From Eledone cirrhosa (lineage: Eukaryota): a DNA stretch of 64,000 nt. Positions within the stretch are counted from its first letter, which is position 1. Every line of letters starts with the position of its first letter. Below the pieces are notes generated by a model. The model saw only the letters and a list, made by a program, of their open reading frames with translations. It was not told where the DNA came from and ran no database searches. A program made the position numbers and the translations under genes. Location of the stretch: contig OZ024752.1 in the NCBI GenBank assembly GCA_964016885.1, positions 39,556,001 to 39,620,000 on the forward strand, read 5' to 3'. Positions 25,986-39,200 of this stretch are shown here, in pieces.

Positions 25986-26240
25986 TGTAATAAACAACAT
26001 AAGGCAATTATTCCATTTACCAGTGGTTTCTTAAAAGCAAAAAATTTTGCTTTCAATCCTCAGAATGAAAAAATCCAGGGTCTCTTTTTCATTCTGAGGA
26101 TTGAAAGCAAAATTTTTTGCTTTTAAGAAACCACTGGTAAATGGAATAATTGCCTTATGTTGTTTATTACATAACTATTAAGCTCTATTACCTACATAGA
26201 GCCCTCTTTTTTCCTGGACTTTTCCGACGGAATTACTTCA
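25979..26240 (+). mobile_element. Family E PLE-like element, 94-bp arms (25979-26072/26085-26178) plus tail, in (TA)n
   Basis: Apparently perfect palindrome flanked by TA-rich microsatellite. Confidence 0.8.
26088..26145 (+). ncRNA. Type I hammerhead, family E (antisense twin about 26012-26069)
   Basis: UUCAUU-CUGAGGA-UUGAAAGCAAAA/UUUUGCUUUUAA-GAAA-CCACUGG-UA-AAUGGA. Confidence 0.85.
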
Positions 26241-26264
26241 TATATATATATATATAGATATATG

Positions 26265-26296
<32 letters not shown>

Positions 26297-26629
26297 GATA
26301 TATATACATATATATATATACATATATAAGTATATATATATATATGTATATATATATATGTATATATATGTATATATATATATGTATATATATATAGATA
26401 TATATACACATATATATATATATATATATACATATATAAGTATATATATATATATGCATATACCCCACTCTCAAGAGCATGAAACTAATAAACCTTTGTT
26501 CGTACTGCCTCTCTGTTTTGTTCCCGTTCAATTTTTTACTATATATATATATAAGTATATGTATATATACATATATATGTATATATATATGTATATATCG
26601 ATATATATACATATATATACATATATATG

Positions 26630-26662
<33 letters not shown>

Positions 26663-26827
26663 GTATATATCGATATATATACATATATATATATACATAT
26701 ATATGTATATATATATATACATATATATATATGTATATATATATATATACATATATATATGTATATATATATATACATATATATGTATATATCGATATAT
26801 ATACACATATATATATACATATATATG

Positions 26828-26863
<36 letters not shown>

Positions 26864-26864
26864 C

Positions 26865-26895
<31 letters not shown>

Positions 26896-27420
26896 TGTAT
26901 ATATATACGTATATATGTATATATATATATACATATATATATAGTCCCACCCTTGCGAGCAGGGAAGAGCAGACGTAAAATGATGATGATGATGATGTAT
27001 ATATATATACATATATATACATATATATATATATACATATATATATACATATATATGTATGTATATATATATATACATATATATATATATACATATATAC
27101 ATACATATATATGTATGTATATATATATATACATATATATATACATATATATATACATATATATGTATGTATATATATACATATATATATATATATACAT
27201 ATATATATACATATATACGTATGTATATATATATAATCATATATATGTATGTATATATATATATACATGTATATATACATATATGTATGTATATATATAT
27301 GTATGTATATATATATGTATGTATATATATATATACACATATATGTATATACATATATGTATATATATATACATATATATGTATATACATATATGTATAT
27401 ATATATATATATATATACAC

Positions 27421-27512
<92 letters not shown>

Positions 27513-27903
27513 CATCACCATCACCGTTTTACGTCCGTTCATCCACGCTAGCATGGGTTAGACGGGTTGTCCTGTTGTGGGCAGTGTCTGGTCGGCTGAC
27601 CTTGTCTTGCTCATACAGGAACTGATTCTGGCTTGATTTCTACAGCTGGATGCCCTTCCTAACACCAACCTCATTTACAGTGAGGGCTGGGTGCTCTTTT
27701 TGCCGTGGCGCCTACATGTCCACTTTACAGTGGGAGGGTGTGGGGGCATAATGTCTATATGCTTCAGCTTCGGCTTGTACCCGTGGGGGCTTGGGTCTAC
27801 TGTATATATATATACATATATATATATACATATATATACATATATATATATAAATACATATATACACATACACACACACAGGCATATATATATATATACA
27901 CAG

Positions 27904-27968
<65 letters not shown>

Positions 27969-28050
27969 CACACACACATACATATATATATATACACACA
28001 CACACACATATATATACACACGCACACACATATATATATATACATTATAC
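26240..28050. repeat. Compound (TA)/(CA)/(TG) microsatellite field with embedded SINE and LINE-tail fragments
   Basis: Low complexity; source of the YIYI ORFs. Confidence 0.95.
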
Positions 28051-29212
28051 AAATATTGTGAATATAATTTTTCTCTTGTAATGTGTATTCCATGTTATAG
28101 CATCCAGCAATAGTCAACCATTATACCGACAATCCCAAATATTTGGTATCATGTTTCCATTGTAAGAATAACTTGAAGGAATCGTTTATCTTGCTCATCT
28201 CCTACCAAAATTTTCTGTAGAAAAAAAAAAAAAAAAATTTTAATGACCCCTAAAATTCCCAACCTCACCTCCATACACAGACTATTTATTATTTCCTTGG
28301 AAAGTTTTTGTATAACCATTGAAAAAAATTAGCCAGTCTTTTAATTCCTGCATATTGAGAGTGTTTCTTTTTCTTTCAAAATTCAATATTATTTAAAGTC
28401 TCCGTAATGGGCGGTGGATTGGCAGTAAAGGGCGGTGGATTGGCAGTATCAGAAGAGGGTCGACGCCATGCTTTCCAGCATAGTTATGTCCCTTTACGAT
28501 CTGAGTTCAAATCCCGCCGAGGTTGACTTTGCCTTTCATCCTTACGGGGTTGATAAAATAAAGTACCAGTAATGCACTGGGTAATTGCTGGTCTTGTGCC
28601 TAAAGTAGAAACAATTATTTAAAGTCTCCCTAGTCTGCAGTCTACAAAAATTCCTTCCCTTAACTTTATCACAATCACATTTGGAAATTATTATATAAAA
28701 AGGAGAGAGATGCTGTGCTGAAAAGGACCCATCCCACCCTTGCAAGCAAGGAAAAGAGGACGTAAGATGATGATGATGATGATGATGATATAATGAGGAT
28801 GATTATATATATATATATAAGAATAACTGTTTCTACTTTAGGCACAAGGCCAGCAATTACCCAGTGCATTACTGATACTTTATTTTATCGACCCCGTAAG
28901 GATGAAAGGCAAAGTCAACCTCGGCGGGATTTGAACTCAGATCGTAAAGGGACGTAACTATGCTGGAAAGCATGGCGTCCGACCCTCTACCGATACTGCC
29001 AATCCACCGCCCTATATATAAGAATAACATTAAGAAAGATGCTAATGATATTACATCTTTCTTTATGTTATTCTTATACTGGATCTCCATTGTAACTACA
29101 AACTCTGAGTGTAGAGAGCTTTCTCCTGTTTGCTCCTGTTTTTACCAAAACAATCTCTACTGAACATATATATATATATATATGTTCAGTAGAGATTATA
29201 TATATATATATA

Positions 29213-29556
29213 TGGAGGCACATGGCTTAGTGGTTAGAGGATTGGCCTTGCAATCGAAAGGTTGTGAGTTCAGTTCTCAAACCGGGTGATGTATTGTTTC
29301 CTTGCGCAAGACACTTTATTTCACGTTGCTCCAGTTTACTCAGCTGTAGAAATGGGATGATAGGGACTGGGGTCCCTATCATTCCACTGCAAAGTGGTCG
29401 TGGAGGTGTCATGCAAAAAAGCACCCAGCACTCACTATAAATGAGGTTGGTGTTAGGAAGAGCATCCAGCTGTAGAAAACAAGCCAGAATCAGTTCCCGT
29501 CCCACCCTTGCAAGCAGGGAAAAGCGGACGTAAAAATGATGATGATGATGATGATG
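29213..29556 (+). mobile_element. Second tRNA-derived SINE (~330 bp) with RTE-derived 3' end and (ATG)n tail
   Basis: TGGCTTAGTGG A-box, GAGTTCAGTTCT B-box-like, CCTTG(A/C)GCAAGACACTT core; full minus-strand copies at 42371-42714 and 45314-45658. Confidence 0.85.
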
Positions 29557-29787
29557 AAAATTGCAAACTTGACTGTCACCACAGAATGAACCTGAAGATT
29601 GTGAAAGTATTTGTTCAATTAATACTTGAAATTTAATATTCTACCATACTTTTTCATCATAATATTATAATTTTAAAGGATTGTAAATAAAACGAGTAAA
29701 TCAGACAAAGCTGGAATTCCTTTTATTAATATAATCTTCTATACACAATCATACATACCCGTGTATAGAAGATTATATTAATATTTA

Positions 29788-29827
<40 letters not shown>

Positions 29828-30063
29828 AAGTTATATTTAAAATTGTTGGGTTACAACTAGTAAATATTTATAACTGATATAAAAGCACTCGACAAATATT
29901 TGGAGTATATTCTTTCGTTTGGGGTATATTCTTTCGTTTTTCCCTCTTTTCTTTCTCTCTTTCTTTCTCTCTGTATTTTCACTGCTAGCGTAAACCTCTT
30001 CAAATGAAGTTGATGTTTATTACGGTATGTCGAATATATTTATCTATAAAACTGTTTATATTG

Positions 30064-30129
30064 TATTTTGTCTGATGAAGGCATAGCATATTGTTAATAT
30101 GATATCCCCGAAATATATATAATGAAATA
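30064..30129 (+). ncRNA. Minimal type I hammerhead, family A, in element 29825-30172
   Basis: UAUUUUGU-CUGAUGA-stem II-GAAA-UAUAUA-UA-AUGAAAUA. Confidence 0.72.
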
Positions 30130-30167
30130 AATATGGTTTTATAAATATAGTTTTCCATTTATTTAAT

Positions 30168-30242
<75 letters not shown>

Positions 30243-33200
30243 TAAAAGAGTAGAGTACCAGGGTATGAATGGGTAAAATTTAGCAGCTATTTCTTGCATG
30301 TCATGTGACAACATAGAGGCCCTCTTTGCTGACTTGTGTATGAATGTGTAATAGTGTGTGATGGGCTACACTGATAGATATTTATGTTAGTATTGACAGC
30401 AGATGAATTCAATCAGATGGGTTATAATTACAATCATCATTGACAGCTCAAATATATGTCAAGGGTTGTGTTAAACTGATTTATCTCAAATCAACAGACG
30501 TGCCCAAGCATATCAGGCATCTTACTATTTTAAGTTTCTTAATTACTATATATATGATCAGCTTAAGTGATTGGTTATATAAAATCGATTGAAATATTCT
30601 GGCATTTTGTTTTATTGGTTGCACTATTTTATTCTATGTCAGTGAATTGGTAGAATCATTAAAATGTCAGATAGAGTGCTTTGCAGTATTTGTTCCAGCT
30701 CTCTGCTCTCTCAGTTCAAATCCTACGAAGGTCAACTTTGCCTTTCATCCTTTCGTGGTTAGTAAAAAAAAAAGTATCAGCCTTGTACTGGGGTCTATTC
30801 TTCAGCTCTCTGCTCTCAAATCCGAACAAGGTCAACTTTGATACTTTTTTTTACTAACCTCAAAAGGAAGAAAGGCAAAGTTGACCTTGGTAGGATTTGA
30901 ACTCAGAGAGCTGAAGAATAGACCCCAGTACAAGACTAATACTTTTTTTTACTAACCTTGAAAGGATAAAATGGAGTCTATTCTTCTTCTATATCTCTTT
31001 CTCACTTCCTTTCTCTCATTTTAAAAATCTTTCTCTGGAAGAAATCTGCTGTATTCAGGCCTGGAAAGGGATGGGCTCTGCCAGGATAAAAATGTCATTA
31101 TGGTGCCCCTACGACTCCATCAGGAGTTATACATGCTTTGCAATAGAGAGTTACGACCCTTTATGCTCTGGGTTCATTTCTCTTCAGCTGTCGCATATCC
31201 TCCACAGTTGCTGCCCATGTCTCACTACCATGCAGCATCGCACATCTCACACGGGCATCATATAACCGGTATTTTGTTCATAGGGAGAAACCCTTCTTTG
31301 TCAACCAACCCATCCTTATTCTAGATACTATAGCCTCGGAGTACCTAGGTATTATCATTAGTGTAATACAATACAATTTATATAAGAAAAATAATGTCGA
31401 ACTTATATAAAAGTTTCTGAAAAAACAATGAAATAATTTTTAGTAAATTTATGAAGAAATGTACTAAAATTCTTTTTTTTTTCTCAAAAACAGGGAAGGT
31501 CTTATACAAAAGGGCGTCTAATAGGCTGGCAAATATGGGAGTGTATGTATTCTCTAGGATATGCCATGTTCTTAACATTAAGAATCAAATGATTACAGCT
31601 GCCCCCTATGTTAATATTACACTTTTGATCTAAATACAGAATATAGTTGAATAAAAGGGAAGGAATGTGTGACCAAAATATTGATGGTAAAATGGGAAGT
31701 GGACTTATACACCATCTAAACAATGTGTTGATTAGACAACTTGGTTTATAAACAGGAGGGTTTTGGATATTCACTTATTTCTCAGATATAAAATAGGGGA
31801 AGTGTGATGAATTATATTCAAGTATATACAGTAATTATTTAACTGAAATGTCAGTGAATTACAATCTTTTTCATTTCTTTTTTTTATTAAACAAATAGTA
31901 GCTTTATAAAGTAAACATGTCACTGAAGCTGTGTGTAGGAGATACATGGCTTATGGCCATCCTTTGTTCAAAACAAAAAAAAATCTGAAATAGGTTTAGG
32001 AAGTGATACATAATACATTCAGGTGAATGTAAAATAGTCATCAGTTCTAAACGACAAGTTCTAGCAACAATAAAGAGAGAAAAAGAACAAAACATGGTAA
32101 CATTAATACTTCTTCAGTCATTCATTACTCTTTGACAACTGGCTTTACATTTATAGCAGGTGTATTTAGTAATATAAATATGAGTGTCTGCTACAAAGTT
32201 CCTAGGCTGACCAAGATACTCTCATGGCATGACCAAATGAGGTTTATTTTTCAACATAGTCTCTGGAAAAAAACAATGCAGTTATTAATAAGAGTTGAAA
32301 TTAATGCTTGCAAGATTTCACAGCTCTAGCATCACTCCTTCATAGTCAGCCTATGAACTTTTCAGCCAACCCTCATACTTCTAATAGCTATAACTCTGAA
32401 AGAATTGAATAAGAAACCAGGTTTGAGAAAAAACAAACAAACAAACAGGAAATGGAAAAAAAATGATAAGTGAAAACTGAAATCGGAATGCTTGCGTTTG
32501 GGAGGTGGGGGTGACACCGACTTACGTGTATGCCGAAAACTCCATTAACAGACAATAAAATCTCATTTCATAATAATTGTTTCTACTTTTTGGCACAAGG
32601 CCAGCAATTACTCAGTGTATTACTGGTACTTTATTTTATCGACCCCGTAAGGATGAAAGGCAAAGTTAACCTTGGCGGGATTCGAACTCAGAATGGCAAG
32701 GGCCGTAACTCTATGCGTCAAAGCATAGCGTCCAACCCTCTACCGATACTGCCAATCCATCTCATTTCATAATAATTGTTTCTACTTTAGGCACAAGGCC
32801 AGCAATTACCCAGTGCATTACTGGTACTTTATTTTATCGACCCCGTAAGGATGAAAGGCAAAGTCAACCTCGGCGGGATTTGACCTCAGATCGTAAAGGG
32901 ACGTAACTATGCTGGAAAACATGGCGTCCCACCCTCTAGGCACAAGGCCAGCAATTTTGGGGGTAGGGAAAAGTCGATGAAATTGACCCCAGTGCGTGAC
33001 TGGTACTTTATTTTATCGACCCCGTAAGGATGAAAGGCAAAGTTAACCTCGACGGGATTTGAACTCAGATCATAAAGGGCCGTAACTCTATGCGGCAAAG
33101 CATGGCGTCCGACCCTCTACCGATACTGCCAATCCACCGCCAATTTCATAATAATGTTAACCAATGGCAGCAAGTTGGCAGAATTGTTAGAACAGTGGAT

Positions 33201-33680
33201 AGAGTGCTTTGTAGTATTCATGGTAGTTCTCTACTCTTTGCATTCAAATCCTGCTGAGGTAAACTTTGCCTTTCATACTTTTGAGATCAATTCTTTCTCT
33301 ATATCTCTTTCACATTTCCTGACACTCATTGTGTTTTGCTGAATCTCCCTGAGGGCTATGCTAAAGATACATGTATCTTGGAATTCTGAACCATTTACAT
33401 TATAATGTTTGAGAACTTGTACATGTAAATCATAAGACTGCAGTAATGAAACATGTAAGAAATCTTCTGTACTCAGGCCTGGAGGGAAGATAGAATTTGC
33501 CAGGTTTTAAAAATTGCTGTATGTCAATATGGCACCCGTACAACTCCATCTGGAGTTATGGCACTATACCATACCAATGTCAACTTCTTCATTTATGTTT
33601 GTTCACTTCATGCCCAAAATTATATCCTCTTTCTCATCCTCATTGTTCCAAGGTAGTTCCATCAACCAGTTAACTTTCAT

Positions 33681-33682
<2 letters not shown>

Positions 33683-33719
<37 letters not shown>

Positions 33720-34040
33720 GTCATCATCGTCATTTTACGTCCGCTTTTCCCCGTTTGCAAGGGTGGGACAGGACCTATTCAGAACAGTATCTCTCCATTT
33801 GTCACGGTGGTCCTTCATCATCTCCTCCGTGAGTTTCAGCGATCTGAGGTCAGCTCTCACCACCTCCGCCCATGATTTTCGTGGTCTTCCTCTACTGTGT
33901 CTTCCTTCTACTGGGATTTCTTGGCACTTCTTTACCCAGTGGTCATCCTCCATGTACGTCACATATCCATACCAGCGCAGACTTCTCTCACACACACTAC
34001 AGCTTAGCCTTCTTATACACAGTTTCTCTCTCAACTCGTC
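33683..34040 (-). mobile_element. RTE-clade LINE 3' end with (ATG)n tail
   Basis: LRWYGYV...EGRHSRGRPRKSW motif; longer copy 62228-62655, short ones 16476-16587 and 62661-62760. Confidence 0.85.
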
Positions 34041-36128
34041 TAAGTATCTCATAGGCAATGCATTAGAAATCACTCACACAACAATCAGTCCTTTTTTTTC
34101 TTTTTCATTCCTCTTAACTATTACATAGGAAAATATTTCATAAGAGCCCCCCCCCCCCCCACACTCACCTCTATTATATTCATTCTTGAGTGAAACACTG
34201 TATCCTCAATGTCACTTTATTCTTGTTCTTTCATTTCCTGTGCAATATTTACGATGAGAGACCATATTGAATTCTGAATTAAACATTAAGGAATTCTATT
34301 AGGTTGAGCGCTTTTTTTTTTTATTTAAAAATGCACAGACCAAAACACTTAGGCAAAAAAAACACTCATTAATTATTAAAACAATTAATTATTACTCAAC
34401 CTAATATTTCTTTTATTAAATTAATCAAAATTCAAGGATTTTCTTTTCTATTTGTTCTCTTTAACCCTTTAATGTTCAAACCGGCCAAAACCGGCCTGAA
34501 TTCTCTACCTCTTTCTGTTGGAACTGGCTGTAACTGGTCACCCAAACTGATGTTAAGGTATTGTTCTCAAAATAAATACTTTCAAAATCTCATAGATTCG
34601 ATATTATATGAAATATTATGTGAGGTAAAGCCTTTACCATGAAAATATAACAGTATATATAGAGTGATGTGAATACTAAAGGGTTAAACAAATTTGATTG
34701 ATAATAGTTTCCATAGCAGTGTCTTGTTTCATTTTGTTGACTGTTTTTATAACATTAGGAACGATTCATAGACAACTTTCCTGGATTAAAAGACAGGATG
34801 AATTGATTCTTAATTTTGTAAATATCTCATTTTACTTTGCTTTGTGGAAACTGCACATCACACCTTTCCATTTTCCATTTTTTCCAAAAAAGTTCAGCCA
34901 AAATAGTATTTCTCTTTTTTATGAAACAAATAGTATATATATTTAAATATCATCATCATCATCACCATTTTGCGTTTATTTTTCCATGTTAGCATGGGTT
35001 AGACGATATAACAAACACTATAGATATCAAGTAGATCATAACAGATTTAAACAAAATCCATGTTATTTGCAACACAAAGGGAAAATGCAAGAATTATTAG
35101 GCAACGGAAGAAAGAAAGGAGAAAGGGTGACAGACTGTACACCTAGGTTAGGGCAGGGTTTTGACTGCACTCATCCCCCCCCCCAAACAAAATGAGACTC
35201 AACCTCATCTACCTCATATCTCATAATTACTGTATTTTGTTCATCCTACAAAAGGGGACAATAAATAGTACCAACTATTTGAGTTTCTTCTTCAGTAATA
35301 GACCCCCATGGGATTTGCACCTAGAAAGTTTCCCTTTGAGATACAAGTCCAGGCAAGGTTGTTTGTGGAAGACCAGTAGTCACCCATGCACACCAGCCTC
35401 CCCTCTCCACACCACTCATGTTGTCCAAGTGAAAAGCAGTGGCCGATACAGCTTGGCACCAGTGACATCACAACACATTTCTACAGCTGAGTAACCTAGA
35501 GCAACATGAAATATAGTGCCTTGCTCAAGAATACAACACACAGCCCAGTCCAGGAATCAAACACACAACCTCATAATTGTAAGCCCAATGCTCTAACCAC
35601 TGAGTCATGTGCCGTCAGTGATACCCAAGGAATTTGTTAGAGAAAGAAATGTTGGCTGGAACATACAGGTTTTCTTGAGTATTTAGTTGTGTGAGAGAAT
35701 AGACTTTCAATTAAAACTGGACATACTGGTTCAATCACTTGGCTGCTTAGCCTAACTATGTACATTGTCAAACACTTTTATCTATCCATCCATATCCAAT
35801 TTTGGTCTTTAGAGTGCTGAGGTTGTCCTGGACTCTGAGGTAGGCAACACCAGGCAATGTCTCACAACTGCTCTCCATGAATTTCTGTCCATAGTATTGA
35901 CATTGGCAAAGTTCCATTTATACAAGTCAGTCGCTCTTCTCGCACTCCAACCACGTCTTCCTTGGCCTGCCGCGATCTCTAGTGCCAGGGATTGCTAAGT
36001 GAGTGATGGAGTTGATACATGACATGGCTTGCTGTACATGTCCTTTGCACTTTTATGATAAATAATATTTTTATTTGATATTTTCTACTTGTAGATTTGG
36101 AATCTTTCAGCCCATCAGTGGCATCATA

Positions 36129-36210
36129 ATGTTAGGCAAGTCCATGCCTAGATCACTTGCTTGGATCATCCTTCTCTGGTTATTTATCAAGAGTAGCAAT
36201 GCTGCTTTAT
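36129..36210 (+). CDS. Cadherin coding exon 1, signal peptide [27 protein letters not shown]
   Basis: Acceptor ttgtag at 36094 upstream, ATG 36129, hydrophobic core and AxA-like cleavage site, donor GTAAGT at 36211 (phase 1). Confidence 0.8.
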
Positions 36211-39200
36211 GTAAGTATTTGTTGCTTTCTTTGGCTGACTAATTAACCTGTTATAAATATTCAGTTAATATTTACTGAATATATTAATTTAATAACTATA
36301 AGTATTTTGAAATTAAAGTGAGAGAGAGAGAGAGATCTATTAAAGGAATTGAATCAGTTTATTTTATCTTTCAGGTGATAACGAATTGGGGGGGGACAGC
36401 TTCAATGTCAAAACACAGGAAACCAAACCTGATATATCTCTTACAGGTAAATATGTTTACAATGTTCCTCATTTTCAATTTAAAAACAAAACATACTTGA
36501 AACTGATTTTTAACCAATCAAATGTTTGTTTCTTTGTGATAGTGTTTTTCTTTTATTTATTTATTTTTTTCCTTTCACCCAACAAAAAAGATTTGTTCTT
36601 TGTATGGTATGTTGGCAAAGAAAACTAAATAAAACTAAATTACATCTGTCAACATCTAAATAAAATTCGCCTAGCAAAGTAAATTAAGGTATATAAATAA
36701 AGATGATTAAATATATAGGGTATAGCTTATAAATTATACTTTTGCAGTGGATTACAATTGAATTTTTCTGAAACAAATGAATGGACTGCAAATGCTTGCC
36801 TAGTGCCATTCCTCACATTAACCACAGACCTAATTGCAAAATAAACTTAAAGGTGGGGATTTCAAGCGTTCACACCCCTGCTACTTTCAACAGCTACTAA
36901 TTGAAATTGTTTCTACTTTTGGCACAAGGCCAGCAAATACCCCCAGTGCATTACTGGTGCTTTATTTTATCGACCCCGTAAGGATGAAAGGCAAAGTGAA
37001 CCTCGGCGGGATTTGAACTTAGACTGTAAAGGGCCGTAACGCTATGTTGCAAGGCATGGCGTCCGAACCTCTACCGATACTGCCAATCCACCGCCAACAG
37101 CTACTAATTGAAATACAATGAAATTCCATTATAACAAAATTCACAGGGTATAAAAAAAATTTTTTGTAACAAAATGTTCTTTATAACAAGATCGACCGAA
37201 ACAAATTGATCATTTGTTTGTTATTACCTCGGGGATTGAAAAAACATTTTGTTATACTAAAAGATTCGTTATAATGGTATTTGATTTAACAGAATTTTAC
37301 CTGTATATATTACTGAGTAGATTACAGTGTTTTCTTGATTTTATTTTCTTCTTTTTCTTTACATACCCTTTTTCCTGAGAGGTCATGGGGGTAGAGTCCT
37401 CAAACACTACCTCTGGCAGGTCCTGTCAGAAGCAATCCTCTCCAATTGATCTAATGAAGCTCATGGATGTTATCCAACCACGCTGCTTAGGGTCTACTCC
37501 TGAGTCTCTTTCCAGCTAGTTTTGCCCATAAATTCTGTCCAGCAATTCCTACCTGAGACATTCTAACCCTGTGCTCAAAGTATCAGAGCTGTGATCTTTC
37601 AATTCGGAGAAGTAGCAACTCTATTTGGAGTGACTCTCTGATCTCTGAGTTATGCACTCTATTGAGTAATGTTACTCCAAAGATCTTTCAGAGGGACCCC
37701 CATTTTGGCCGCTTGTATTCACGATCGTATTCTTTCAGGATTCCCTTCCTAATGCCAACCACATATACAGTGTGGAAGAATCAAATGACAAGATTCCAAA
37801 CCTCATTATCAAGTGGGATGGGACTCATCAAATCGGGCCTGGGAAGCAATGTTTTTCATTGGTCTCTTTCCATTGCTGATACTATTTACTGGTTGCAATT
37901 CTTGGCAGAAGGAGCAATGTGAAATAAAGTGTCTTGCTCAAGGACATAACACATCATCCGGCGCAGGAATCGAACACACAACCTCATGATTGTGAATCTA
38001 ATCACCAAACCACATGCCTTCATATATCTGAGCCCTGAGCACTTAACTAAATTGCAATAGATTTGCACAATTCTTCAGGGCTGAGGATAATGTCAACAGA
38101 TAATTCAACTATCATAAATCAGAATCTATGACAAGAAAATTGGTCACTACTCTAAAAAGCAATACCATCCTATGGTCTCTTGTATCTTTTTCTCAAGAAC
38201 AGACCAGTGTGTCTAAGTTTACTCTCATTGTGTACATTTCATGTTTTAAGATAATGACTTATTCATTGTGGTTTAGGCATAGACATAAGATATAAACCAT
38301 TATAAAGAGAGGCCAAGCAATAAAATCCCAGACCGCCATGTCTTACATGTAAGCTAGCCAATCCACTGGGATAATTGCTGGCCTTGTGCCAAAAAGTAGA
38401 AACAATTATTCATTTATTTATTGTACAGTAATTAAATTATAACAATAAAAAAAAAACATTGATTTATACAATAATTGTTTCTACTTTTGGCACAACGCCA
38501 GCAATTACCCCAGTGCATTACTGGTACTTTATTTTATCCACCCCTTAAGGATGAAAGGCAAAATGAACCTCGGTGGTGAGATTTGAACTCAAGACGTAAA
38601 GGGCCATAACTCTATGCTGCAAAGCATGGTGTCTGATGCTCTACTGATACTGCCAATCCACCAAGCATTATTTATACAACAATATTTCGATTTCTTTTTT
38701 TTTTAATCAGGAAATTTGTATGTAGTCCATATTTTGTTTGAAGTTGTTTGTTATAGTAAAAAAATTTATTGGGATCTTCCAAAATGAAAATTAAAGAAAA
38801 AATTAACTATCATGTGTTCATTAATATGTGTTTCATTTTCCAGAGTTGGAAACCAACAGTTTATATCGAGATGAAATAACTCTTTCCGTTGTATCTGAAT
38901 CGTACACAGTAACATTGGTTGCATCAACAGAGTTTGATCCAAATGATTATTTGAAAATTGTAGTTATTGGTTCTAAGCGATATGTTCAAATGATTAAAGC
39001 TTTTGATCGAGATGTAAGTCTTTTTATGTTTCTATAATATTATTTCAGGTTCCTAAATTCAAATGTTATCATTGCTTAGAGGCTATATCACTTCCTTCTG
39101 TCACCCTCTCCAACTAGCCACTACCATCTCTCTTGCACCAACACCACACATGTAATCCTCTTCTGATTGTAGTGGGCGTTGAACATCTTCAAGAGAAGCG

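Noticed and set aside
26233-28117. Long YIYI/CVCV ORFs (also 16078-16620 and 51664-52797)
   Set aside because: Translations of TA/CA microsatellites with no coding signal
29213-29290. tRNA gene
   Set aside because: tRNA-like head is part of a multicopy SINE; no complete cloverleaf
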